A stretch of DNA of 63,910 nucleotides, counting the filler, from Folioceros fuciformis (lineage: Eukaryota), in NCBI GenBank assembly GCA_049999805.1. It is 5 parts of 5 records of this genome, joined end to end, with 100 filler letters (N's around TTAATTAATTAA, not from the genome) between each part and the next. Parts side by side here need not be neighbours in the genome. Positions count along the whole stretch, not along the records: positions 1 to 23,071 come from JBNGIO010004110.1; positions 23,172 to 37,480 come from JBNGIO010004112.1; 3 more parts are not named here. One strand, 5' to 3'. Below the pieces are notes generated by a model that worked only from the letters and a program-made list of their open reading frames with translations, ran no database searches and was not told where the DNA came from. The number at the start of each line of letters is the position of its first letter. Position 1 is the stretch's first letter. The position numbers and the translations under genes are program-made. This document shows positions 12,572 to 24,090 of the stretch, piece after piece.

Positions 12572-15500
12572 ATGGTAGCTCCGTATCCCAACGACGATGA
12601 CGAGGATGACGACAACATTGGCCTTGATGAAGACTTTTACAAGGAAATGGAAGCCTTGAAACGAGCTTGCCAGCTGAGGGATCAGAACGAGGTCAGCGAA
12701 GTTGAATCTGGGAGCGATGAGGATGAGGATGAGGATGAGGGTGAAGATGAAGACGAAGACTCAGATGAGGAGGTGTTGCGATCAATTCAGACCAAATTGG
12801 ATGCTTACAAAAGTGTAGATCTTCAGGCGCCGTGTCTTGGGTCGTCCGGAGGCGACGAAGATGAGGATGAAATTTTGCGATCTGTGGAAAAGTTTTGCGG
12901 TAGTCTGACAAGAGCTACACCCTGCGCAGCTGATGGAAGCGAGGGCTTAAGTGGTGTGGAGGATTTCGGAGGTGTGACGGGAACTCATCGCACTTTGGAT
13001 TTGTCGGTCGCCTCAGAGAACGAGCAAGGAAGTGGGGCTCAAAGTTCTGGCAAAGATGTGGAGGGAGGTGGTGGGAAGTTCCCAGAGGCACCCTCCCTTT
13101 CTGTGCCCTCAAGGCTGCAGGCAGTCTTGTCTGCCTTGAATCAGAACCGTTTTTGTCAAAGAATGATACGAAACCTAATGCACCAGGTCGAGTTGAAGGA
13201 GGCGGAGAACAAATTACTTCAGGTCCGCGTCAAATCTTTCGCTCGTTCGGAAAGTCTGTCGAAAAGGAGGTCGACAGGGCTCTTCAACACCAGGCTATCG
13301 AATCCTATTCTGACTTTCATCTCGAACCTGAAACGCAGGGTTAGCCGGAGGCATTTTGAAAATGTGAGTGCTGTTGCCAGGCGGGTCCTGATTCTCACGT
13401 GTCTATCCTTTGGCTTCGTCGTTACTGCGTTTTGCAGCGTTTAGTGTTTCGCTGCTTGCAGACATTCTGTGCTGTCTCTGCTTGTTGAGTGGTTGCTTAT
13501 GAGGTAACACTACTGGCAGCCAGCAGATGCTACAGCGATGGTGCCTCAACCAAATCCTGATGTCGCTAAGTTCCAGAACTTGGGACGAAAGTTGCCCCTC
13601 TCATTCATGGAGAAAAAGTGGACTGCCGATGAGAAGACTGAGTTATACAACGGTGTTGTACAGCAAATTCAAGAAAGTCGTATGGAGCCAGTGATGGAGG
13701 CCATTAGGTAACAAATCCGTATCTGGCTGGTAGTTGTTTATTGATTTGACTCATGATTGCTAATTTAACATGTGGTTTATAGAATTGTTCTGCCTGCTTC
13801 AGGTCGGGGGTACAGGATGTCAGCACACTGGATGCAGAGCTTAAGAGGATCAGGGAAGATGTGATTACTTCTCACGATATTCAACAAGCCCTGCCAACAC
13901 TGAACTGGGAGGAAATTGCAAAACTCTATGTTGTTGGGCGGTCTGGACAGGAGTGCAAGATGCAGTATGTCGACCCCTTCCGCCTGTGTCTGGGCAGTCT
14001 TCTACGATTGGAATTCCTTTATTGTTTGTGGACTTCACCTTTGGCACCTTTCTTTATGTGCCGTTGATAGTTTCATATTCATGTCTGTGTTACAGGTGGA
14101 TGAATTATGAAGATCCTACCATCAACAAGGGAGCGTGGTCCAAGTCCGAGGACAAGAAGCTCCTAAAGATCGCCCAGGAGCATAATTTTTTCCACTGGGA
14201 TAAAGTAGCTGATTTGTTAGGGACTAACAGAACAGCCGCTCAATGCTTCTCGCGATACCAAAGGAGTCTAAATGCAAGCATCATGCGTAGCTCGTGGACA
14301 AATGAGGAGGACGAACAACTACGTTGTGCAGTTGCAAAATTCGGGGAGTGTGACTGGCAAAGTGTTGCAGCCACTATGGAAGGTCGAACTGGTTCTCAGT
14401 GCTCCAACAGGTATCATATCAGCATAGTCTTGTCTTCTTGGGTGAAGAGCCTGCAAACCCTGAGCTGGGAGATATGAGCGTCCGGCTCTGTATATTTCTC
14501 TGAATTGTTGCTAGTGGCTGGTATGGTCACAGACATGCTATTATGTTGTAAAGATCCAGATTGCCATTAGAGCGTCTGTTCTCTTTTGCAGGTGGTACAA
14601 GGTCCTTCATCCTACTATTCGCAGGAAAGGAAGGTGGCTCTTAGAAGAGGACAAGCGACTGAAGTGGGCCGTGTCAGTTTATGGTGCCCAAAAATGGCGC
14701 ACAATTGCAGCACATGTACCTGGGCGAACTGATATTCAGTGCCGTGAAAGGTTTGAAAGCATCATTGCTCCTAAGCATTGTTTCTAGCTTCTGGAAATAC
14801 TGTGGACAAGAACGGTTGGGCGAGCGATGGGATAGATAAGAGTATTCCAGGTGTATTTTGTAATTAAAGTTGCGGGTCTGTGCAGGTGGGTGAATGTCCT
14901 TGATCCGTCAGTGAATATAGGTGACTGGACAACCGAGGAGGACAAACAATTGGAAGAACTTGTCGCCAAATATGGAGAGCATCGCTGGGCGACAGTTGCC
15001 AGAGAAACGAACTGCCGAACAGATAGTCAATGCTGGAGGTGCGAACATACGACCTGGAGCCCAGACAATTTCACATGGCTGTATTGTGGCCAGAAGTTGA
15101 CATGCCGTTTGTGGATGCAGAAGGTGGAAGAATCTGCATCCTGAAAATCAAGCTAGTTTTCATCGTGAAGGGCAGATCATGAGGGCAGCACTTCCCAGCA
15201 ACTTTGTGGGCCGTGCCAAGGAAAGGCCAAACCTTGGTCCTCAGGATTTTGTATCGGAAATATCTGATGTACCAGTTGCGAAGCGGGCTCCTGGCCGGTT
15301 TCGGAAAGAAGATGCAGAATATAGGATGGGGTAATGGTTTATCAATCTTCAGGCCTAGAGTTTTTATGCCTGTCTCACGGACATTCTCATGCAATTTTTG
15401 TTTGTATGTCAGGAACAGAGAAACTTCGGTGGAACAGGATGGTGGAGTCTCTGACGCAGTGGCTCTTGAGATGCCAATGTCCCGTCGAACAGCTGGATTG

Positions 15501-17042
15501 AAAAGGTCGAGGTCATCTAAATCGTTGGAAAGTGTAGGGGCTGATGGTGAGAGGGAGAGTCGTTCACCCAGTGAAGATAATCTCAGTCACGAGGTTGTGG
15601 CCACTGAGAGTCTCCCAGGAACTCCGGTCAGTTGTTTTCAACAGACACCATTCAGCCAAAGATGTAAATCTGTGAAAAGCAGGCCTGCTGACAGACCACT
15701 CTCAGTGGAGACAACTCATGGCCAAGTTACCCTGCTCCCAACAATGCCTGATAATCCCCAAGCAATAGATGAATTCATGGGTCTCGTTCGTATGTTTCAC
15801 AGTTTTTGTAAGTACGCGTACAAGGTGCATCCTATTGAATCAACATCCTGTGCCGAAGTAGCAGAGAGCAGTGTCCGTGGTGAAGAGGCTACGGCATCTA
15901 TAGCAGCTGTTGCTGTTCCAACACCTTCAGCTTCCAACAGGGCAGGGGTTGATACGGATGTCATGGAAATGGAGCACTCTCCAGTGGGTGACGTTAAGGA
16001 TCTTGAGGCAGCAGCTTTGAGAACATCCACTGTCATAGTGGCAGGTGCAACAGGGGGCGACCCTGAGGTGGCAACTGCTGCGAGGGTGGATCTTGAAGTG
16101 GCAGCGGCGACAAGGGCCATTTTATCCTGGCCCTTTGCGGTTGGGATGTTTGATCTGTGTGCGGCAACAAACAGCACCCTGGCCGGCAGGAAAAGAAGGC
16201 AGTCATCAGCACTGATTACTCCTGAACAGAATGTTCCTGAGAATGTGGCAGCCGTTACAGCTGCAGGTGATTTAGTAGTAGCGGAAAGGAAGGGAGCGAG
16301 ACAGACAGACTGCATTTCTGAACATAGCAAAAAGGAAAGGCCAAGAGTGCAGGCAGATCCTCAGGACCCAAACTCTGTGGACGGCAATGGGTCACCAGAA
16401 GTAGGCAGACGGAAGAGGCAGAGGGTGCACGCTGATGTTCTTCGTGCAACCAACTCAATGGATAGCGGTGGAAGATCTGGGGCGAGTAAGAGGAAAGGGC
16501 AACGGCAGCAGGCTGATTCTAGTGCAAACGTGGAGAGGAATGTGTCCTCAGATGAAGGGCGAGAGGACAAGCAAAGCGAGCGGACAGACCTTCCAGTTTC
16601 AACGACGGACAATACCGGCAGTGCAGGTGTGGATAGATTGAAAAGGTCCACCAATGCCGTTGCTGATAACGGCAGAGGAAAGAGACAAAAGAAACAAACA
16701 AATGTGATAACTGCTAGAGTGAACCGCAGCAGAAAGAAGGGAGGAAAGACAGAAATCGTTGTTACTACAGGTCACACGAGGGAGTTGGTCGACATAAACG
16801 CAACTCCCGAGGTAGAGACAAGTGACCCACAAATGAGTACTACTATCTCGCCTGAACAAGAGGGAATTAGGGAGGCAGCCATCCCAGCATCTGCAATGGA
16901 AGAAGGAAGGAAGCGACAGAGGAAGAAGAGCGTGAAAGCTCTGTCGACTGTGTCCACACCACAGCCACCGCAGGGGAAGGAGACTGAGGTTCTTTCAGGA
17001 AAGCGGCGTAGGCAACCTCCAAGGCGTCTCATAGCTGACTAG
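12572..17042 (+). CDS. MYB4R1: MYB4R1 / SNAPC4-like multi-repeat Myb protein; exons approx. 12572-13363, 13520-13707, 13803-13964, 14096-14410, 14592-14750, 14886-15038, 15121-15330, 15413-17042
   Basis: Four or more Myb repeats (WSKSEDKKL..W..VA..LGTNRTAAQCFSRY; WTNEEDEQL..GRTGSQCSNRW; WLLEEDKRL..GRTDIQCRERW; WTTEEDKQL..RTDSQCWRRW), acidic N-terminus, SNFVGR..ERP.L...DF motif, long low-complexity basic tail. Confidence 0.85.
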
Positions 17043-17504
17043 CATCAGCTCTCTGGATGGTACGGTGGATGGAGGGATGGCTATTTGTCAGGAGTCCAAT
17101 CTCTGAAGTTGCTTGCTTGCCTCTTTCCACATTCCGGTCAGCTCTGCCTTTGCAGGCACCGACGACGGATCCAATTCCATCTGCCAAAGCGAGGTATTTG
17201 CAGTGTCCCGCATCCATAGAAACCAAACCGCGAGCTCTTTAGGCTTTTGACGAGGTGTAACTGGGAGGGTGACGCTCTGTTTCCTGCACAGATCCCTCGC
17301 TGAACTGAATGGTGCTTGACGAAGGCTTGGATGGGAAAGAAAGATCAGGGCGACGAGAGGACCAGCAGTGGTAAGGCAGCCGATTGTAAGACTCTGTGCA
17401 TATGAAACATTTATTGATTTGCCTATCTTCTACTTGGAGATGGAAATAAATATCTATAGAAGGCGGAGGTGCAAATGAGTGTCCATAAGAATGGAGTGCC
17501 TGCC

Positions 17505-18593
17505 TCATGAGAGTCGTTGGGATATCTCTAAGAGGGTCATACCAGCAAAACCGAGGAAGAGCGCCCCTCCCACATACGCTATCACCCTCTCTGACAGGTA
17601 ACTACTCAAGAAGGAACCGCCGAGAACGGCCAGCAGTGTGGCCACACCATGTCCAACAATAGCACCCGACACCACGCCCAACGGATCTGACGCTGCAGCT
17701 AGAGCAATGGTGGAGAAGAAGGACTTATCCCCCCATTCCGCCACAAAAACTAAAGCAAAAGTGCCCACTATGGTCCCCGCTGCAGCCTGTAAGGCGCCAG
17801 ACGCAAGACCCGAGTCATCCACTCCAGCAATGGCCAGCTCGGCCTCCTGCTGTTCTTCGGCCAGAGCTGAATCCTCCATGGAAGCGGCACTGATGAGAGT
17901 GGTGACCCCGAAGTACACGAGCAGCACAACTGCCGCAAGATCGTCCAGCGGAATCTGCGTCTGCCCGATCCCAAACGGAAGAATCTCATCGACGTAGTGG
18001 AACCCCCGCCCCAACGCGACGGATATGAGCGTCATCGCTGCCAGAGCCCCGAAAGTGCCTACGAAAACCGGCGCACTGGACTTCCGCGCAGACAGGAGCG
18101 CGGCAATGAAGAACGTTTTGTCCCCGATCTCAGAGAAAAAAATGAGCAAAAACGAGGACGCAAATCCACTCTGAAAGTCGGCTCCATCATCCAGCAAGCC
18201 AGCTATTTGCTCCCCGGGCACCGAGTCCGGCCCGGCCCAGGCCGCCCCGCCCGCCAATGCTCCCAGGCCAGCCACACCAAGGGCCATCCATTTTAATCTA
18301 TCAGAGGAGTCGCCACCAACTCCGTCCCTACAACAAGCCGCTTTCTCCTCGCCGTTGGTGCCGCTCGCCCCGTCCAATCCCTGGGCCTGCACCTTCCGTG
18401 CCGCCGCCTTCTGCCACACAACAGAACTCCTTCTTCCTCCGACAGACACGTTCCCTCCGATTCCGCTGCTCTCCCGAATGCATTTGCAAGCCCCGGAGGA
18501 AGGCCGGCGCGAGAGCGCATTCCTGCACTTGCTCGGCAACCGCGACACTGACGTGTGACAAGAGAGCGTGGCCCGCACCACAGTGCTCTCCAT
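17505..18593 (-). CDS. PAM71: GDT1/UPF0016 chloroplast Mn2+/Ca2+ transporter, PAM71-like, intronless
   Basis: Ser/Arg-rich transit peptide; twin motifs FSEIGDKTFF and AEWGDKSFF; TM helices around an acidic loop (EEQQEAE). Confidence 0.88.
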   Translation of the reverse strand: MESTVVRATLSCHTSVSRLPSKCRNALSRRPSSGACKCIRESSGIGGNVSVGGRRSSVVWQKAAARKVQAQGLDGASGTNGEEKAACCRDGVGGDSSDRLKWMALGVAGLGALAGGAAWAGPDSVPGEQIAGLLDDGADFQSGFASSFLLIFFSEIGDKTFFIAALLSARKSSAPVFVGTFGALAAMTLISVALGRGFHYVDEILPFGIGQTQIPLDDLAAVVLLVYFGVTTLISAASMEDSALAEEQQEAELAIAGVDDSGLASGALQAAAGTIVGTFALVFVAEWGDKSFFSTIALAAASDPLGVVSGAIVGHGVATLLAVLGGSFLSSYLSERVIAYVGGALFLGFAGMTLLEISQRLS

Positions 18594-19038
18594 TCTTTAC
18601 TTCATGCCAATCCTGCCAGTCCTGTACCTACATTTACCACTCGCGCCGGAGGCAGAAGCTTAGCGCCTGACTAGTCCTCTCGCATCACATCCCTTCTCCT
18701 TAGATGTCTTGCTTTGCTTCCCAACTCCCGGACAGGCGGACAACTCTAGTCTACTTAACACGCCGGGTTGCATGATCTGCCGAGCGCCTGAGGTGAGAAT
18801 TCAGGCTCGGAATTGGCGCCAAGAAAAATAGTGATAAGGTTCCACCCTGGTTAGTGTACCCGGTTCCGTTGTGCGTCCGCATAGAGCAGTTTAGAACCTC
18901 CTGGTTTGCGTTCAGAACGCGGCCGGACGCCGGTTGCACAAATTTAGGGCTGTTGACTAGTTGTACCTTTCTCTCCGGGACGTCTAGCTCAATTTTTTTT
19001 GCGCGGAAGCTCGCGACTTTCTTTGGCGGCTGGCAATC

Positions 19039-19746
19039 ATGTCGACGAGCGAGCTTGCTTGCACGTATGCGGCCCTCATCCTGCACGACGATGGCATCTC
19101 CATCACTGTAAGCCAGCCCGAATCTCATTCCTTCGCTCTTTGAGCTGTCGTCGCGTCCATGTTGTTGTGTTGGGTGCGCACCAGGAGCGTTAGGGTTTTA
19201 TCTTTGTCATCGCGGCGCTGTTCTGGCATGGAGGCTTTGGCAGGTTTGTTCTGTGTGAGGTTTCTGTTTGAGCTCCTGATGACGGGGCCACGCTCCTTGG
19301 CGCATGGCAGGCAGACAAGATCGCGACGCTGCTCAAGGCTGCTAATGTCTCGGTTGAGTCATACTGGCCGGCGCTCTTTGCCAAGCTTCTTGAGAAGAGG
19401 AGTGTAGAAGACTTGATCACGAATGTCGGATCTGGTGAGCCGCAGTGTCCTTTTGTTTGGGTTTTCTGTAGCAGCTTTGTGTTTTTCGGTGCAGCCATGA
19501 CCGGACTCCCGGTGTCCAGGTGGTGGAGGCGGTGCTGTTGTGAGCGCTGGGGCTGCCGCACCAGCTGCCGCTGCTGCCCCTGCGGCGGAGAAGGCGGAAG
19601 AGAAGAAGGTATTTTCTTGCCTGCTAGTTTCCTGTGCGAGTGTCCGTGTGAGTTGGGATGGTGATGGCCTGATGATGTGTCTGTGGCAACAGGAAGAGCC
19701 TAAGGAGGAGAGTGACGATGACATGGGTTTCAGTCTATTTGACTAA
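19039..19746 (+). CDS. RPP1: 60S acidic ribosomal protein P1; exons 19039-19107, 19311-19434, 19520-19608, 19693-19746
   Basis: [19 protein letters not shown]..., YWPALFAK, Ala-rich hinge, C-terminal [13 protein letters not shown]; canonical splice sites in phase. Confidence 0.96.
19191..19198 (-). promoter_or_regulatory. Telo-box (AAACCCTA) in RPP1 intron 1
   Basis: TAGGGTTT on + strand; telo-boxes are typical of the 5' regions of plant ribosomal protein genes. Confidence 0.45.
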
Positions 19747-20279
19747 AATTTTACGCATGTATTGGAGGGGGATATTCAGTAAAGCTCCGTTTTGTTTACG
19801 TGCCGTGCGTTTTTCCTACATGGGACGCTGCATTTTCAGTGACCGAAGTTTTCTGCGAGTTGTCCTCTTTGCATTCGCACATTCCTTCATTTCTGAGCTT
19901 CTTTGGTTTTCTTCGGTGAACTGTCTGCGTAACCTACGTAAATTGCACTAGGAAGAGGAGGTGCATGATTATGCTTACCGCGCGTTCGAGGTATTACCTT
20001 CGCTCAGGAGAACCGTAGTGGCTATATCGCTGGAGTCCAAATGGCTTGGGCCCAATGGGTTCTGTGATTAAGCAGCCTGCGAGGTCTTGTGCTTGATCCA
20101 CTTGGACGTTGGATTGATGATCTGCGAATCTGATAAAAGCATTCTGCGATTCCGAAGAGAAAGATTAACGCGTTCTGCGATCCCTTCAAGAGTTAGGGGC
20201 GTTAGCCCCTAGTGTTTCTATCATGGGTTACCTTAGCCTTTAGTGGTCGTATCATGGGTTAGCATTTAAGAGATTTCTA

Positions 20280-21245
20280 AAGAGAAGATTAAAGCATATG
20301 CGATCCTAAAGGGTAGATTAAAGCATCCAATTATCTTCAAGGGAAGGTTAAAGCATCCAATGATCCTTCAAGGGAAGGTTGAAGCATCCAACAATCTCTA
20401 TTGATAAGATTAAAGCATCCCCTAAATGCTTAAGGTCATATTAAGCATTAAAGCATCCTGCGAAGTTTAAAGGGAAGGATGCAAGATGCCTAAAGAAGCC
20501 CAAAGGGAAGAATGAAGGATGCCTAAAAAAAGCCTAAAGAGAAGGATGAAGATGCCTAGAAGGGAAGGATGAAGGATGCCTAAAGAAGTCTAAAGAGAAG
20601 GATTAAAGATGCCCAAAGAAGTCTGAAGCGAAGGATGAAGGATGTCTAAAGCAGTCTAAAGCAAAGCATGAAGGATGCCTAAAGAAGTCTAAATCGAAGG
20701 ATGAAGAATGCCTAAAGAAGACCTAAAATAAAGGACGAAGGATTCTTAAGAAGCCTAAAACTAAAGCAGAAAATGAAGGATGCCTAACTCCTAAAGAAGC
20801 CCAAAGCGAAGGATAGAGAATGCCTAAAGAAACTCAAAGTGAAGAATGAAGGATGCATAAAGAAACCTAAAGAATAAAGGTTGTCTAAAGAAGCCTAAAG
20901 CAAAGGATGAAGGATGCATAAAAAGACGTAAAGAATAAAGGTTGCCTAAGGAAGCCTAAAACGAAGGATGAAGGATGAAGAATGCCTAAAGGAACGGATA
21001 AAAAATGCCTAAAGGAAAGGATGAAAGATCCTTATAAGGAAGGAGACCTAAAGGGAAGGATACATGATCCCTGTAAGGAAGGAAGCGTAAAAGGAAGGAC
21101 AAAAGATCCCTACAAGGAAGGAGGCCTAAAAGGAAGGAAGCAAGGACAAAAGATCCCTACAAGGAAGGAGGCCTAAAAGGAAGGATAAAAGATTTCTATA
21201 AGGAACGAGGCTTAAAAGGAAGGATAAAAGATCCCTATAAGGAAG
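20280..21245. repeat. Degenerate purine-rich minisatellite (unit about 30-40 bp)
   Basis: Recurrent aaggatgaaggatgcctaaagaagcctaaag, drifting to aaggataaaagatccctataaggaaggaggcctaaaagg. Confidence 0.9.
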
Positions 21246-21394
21246 ATACCGGAAGAATTACTAGTTCCTTATACTATGGTATAAGTAAACTTTAACCAAA
21301 AAAAATATTAGTATTTTTTCTTCATAGATGCTAAAAAAATTCTTCTATATATAATCATTTTTTTCTTCTTTGTATGCTCAAGCTGATTTTTTTA

Positions 21395-22500
21395 TTTTAA
21401 AAAACAAGATAGAAAAACCATCTACCCTTAAAGAGAAAGATAAACCATGATAGGACACTATGGGCTAACCCCCTAAACCTTAAAGGCTACCAATAGCACC
21501 TAAAATATCATGGTACGGGGGAGCTAAAACATCATGGTATGGGAGGAGAAAGGGTCTCCCTATCACTAGGGTTGCTGACACTGCCTCTACTTCCAACGTT
21601 GTATATGTATTCAAAATGAAAGTTGAGCCCACGTATAGCATACGATCCCATGTTTTAAACCTAATGAACATGACCCTATTGATAGTGTGCAGCTATCAGG
21701 GCATCCCAATCTGGTCATCCTTTTTCTTCCTTTCTAACACACTGCAGAACACATTACATTTTGACACAATCCCTTTATGGTTTTTAGGGTCCGAGGGCAT
21801 ATGATGCTAACCAAGTCGCCATGCTCATTGTCCCCTTCTTTTGGCAAACCAAGTCCATTCTCCTTGGAGGCTAGGTTTTTTTTTCGTGAAGATCCTTGGA
21901 GGCAAGGTTCATGGCTAGCCAAGTCTATCTCCCTAAAGGCAATGTTTGTGTTATAACACCTTGGGCTATGGAAAGCTAGGGAGAATGAAACCATTCAACA
22001 GGGGAACCAAACCATATAGTCTTTATTTCTAGCCTATGAGGGCAATATGACCCAATAGCGAATTACAAGCAAAATCACAAACTTCAGGAAGACTTCATTC
22101 TATTGTCGAAGAAGGCAAATACCCCTCCATGCCCATGGAGTGGCCTCCTCCTTTGCCCATGACTGCGGGTACACCTCTAATGGCTTCATCCTCCATGTGC
22201 ACGCAATCTTGGATCTGGTCATGTGTAGCGCAATGTCTTACAAGTCTTGTATCAAGGGAATCCGCACCCTAAACCTACACAACCATGTCCAACATGAAAT
22301 CTGCAAGGCAAACTGCAGCCAGAACCTTCAAGGCAACCTACATATGCTAATTGCATGGTGCAAGACCATATGCAAGACAATCTGGACCTACCATTTGCAA
22401 GAAAATCTACAACTAGGGTCAGCACTTGCACACTACTCTTGCAACCCCCGAGGCCATGTGCAAGACGAACTGCACAATAGCCTTTGCTGAAATCGAACCC
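21395..22500 (-). mobile_element. Degenerate 3' portion of a LINE-like element
   Basis: 21395-21600 is clearly similar to 62243-62435. Broken minus-strand frames contain a Cys cluster (LCQNVMCSAVC) and a WAWRGI-like motif. Confidence 0.45.
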
Positions 22501-23171
22501 TCAAATCCCTCGTTGTAGCTGCTTACCCCAAGGTGTATGGGAAAGTGCAAACAACAATTTGCAATATGCAAAGCAATATGGGGGGCAAGCTGCATAGCAA
22601 TTCAGACAAAATAGTAGGGAATCACATCAGATTAGAATGGATTGTACATTAGCGCTCTGCCAGCAGTCTCTTGTGTATGCAAACTCTGTCAGACACGTCC
22701 TTGGTGCCTGCTGACCTCGTGGTGGTTAGGTCGGCAGATAGGTAACGACTTAACGCTTCAAATCTCGTATCGTTTATACTTAACTAACTACGCTACTTTA
22801 TCGTGCTGCTCTTCAGCTCTCCCACACAACACATTAGAGTAGTGCTCGTCGAAAATTCTTCGTCGCTGTATTGCCGCGGTAGCTTGAGTCTTCGAATTGC
22901 TGCCAGCACTGCACCACTGCAGCTTCTAAATCTTCGATGCCGACAAGCTCCCACAGTGTGACGGCCCCATGAATGTTGAGGCCGTGACAGCCTTCTGCCC
23001 CAGCTAAGCTCTCACAGCCCATCTTCAGATTCTGGCTGATACTCAAGTGGACTGAAGGGCCTATTTTGGCTNNNNNNNNNNNNNNNNNNNNNNNNNNNNN
23101 NNNNNNNNNNNNNNNTTAATTAATTAANNNNNNNNNNNNNNNNNNNNNNNNNNNNNNNNNNNNNNNNNNNN

Positions 23172-24035
23172 CCAAGGTGCTCATCGGCCTGCTGGCGCTC
23201 GGCTTCGGGCTGTACATCATCGGGCCCCCGCTGTACTGGCATGCGGTGGAGGAGAGTGCGGGAGCGGACGCGGGCTCGGGCTCGGGCTCGGGAACGGCCG
23301 GCATCTATTCCGCCTCCTGCCCCGTCTGCGACTGCGACTGCGAGTCCGAGAACCTGGCCGCCATTGCTCTCGCAGGTATGTGTGCCCTATCGGAGCCCGA
23401 TCTGGCCGGAAAGCGTTCGGATCTGACTCTTGTACTGTGGTGTGATGGATCCAGGCCTGGGAAACCTGACGCTGGGGCCCGCGGAGTGCGGCAGCGAGGA
23501 CCAGGACTGGCATTCCGACATGCTGTCCTCCAAGAAGGAGCTCCGGGAGGAATTGCAGCTGCAGGAGGCGGTGGCTGCCGACGCTAAGCAGCGGGCCGAG
23601 TCCGCGTTCCTGGATGCTAAGAAGCTGGCGTCGCAGTACCAGAAGGAGGCGGAGAAATGCAACATCGGGATGGAAACGAGCGAGGAGGCCAGGGAGCGGG
23701 CAGAGGCTGCGTTGGAGGCGGAGAAGAAGAAATCCGCCATGTGGCGGCAGCGGGCCAAGGGCCTGGGATGGACTGAGAAGCTTGGGAGCGGGACTGGAGT
23801 CAGGGTTGGGGTTCAGGCTGAGACGCAGGTGGCTGAGCTCGATGATCCCGCCGACATGCAGCTGAAGGTGATACAGCTTGAGGAGGTGAAGGAGGAGGTG
23901 CGTGATCCCGAGCTCAATGTGCAGGTCACGGGGGAGGAAAACCTCGGGAGCACTTCCGGCGGTAGCAGCAGCATCAGGTACAAGAAGAAAAAGTACGGGA
24001 AGAGGAAGAAACGCTCTTCCTCCCCTTCCTTGTAG
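23172..24035 (+). CDS. DUF1068 family membrane-anchored coiled-coil protein (5' end lost in gap); exons <23172-23375, 23455-24035
   Basis: TM segment followed by YIIGPPLYW, SCPVCDCDC, EELQLQEAVA, AKKLASQYQKEAEKCNIGMETSEEARERAEAAL, W.QRA..LGW. Confidence 0.9.
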
Positions 24036-24060
24036 CGGTAGCTTGAGAGCATGGCGGTAA

Positions 24061-24090
24061 CAGCAGCAGCAGCAGCAACAGCAGCAGCAC
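24061..24090. repeat. (CAG)n microsatellite downstream of the DUF1068 gene
   Basis: cagcagcagcagcagcaacagcagcagcac. Confidence 0.8.

Noticed and set aside
20280-21245. CRISPR-like or coding interpretation of the repeat array (ORF 20982-21176)
   Set aside because: No constant repeat with unique spacers, no cas genes, eukaryotic context; the ORF is just translated minisatellite.
23116-23127. TTAATTAATTAA palindrome recurring at 23116, 37525, 47569 and 60480
   Set aside because: Always centred in a 100-nt N gap and gives stops in all six frames: an artificial contig spacer.
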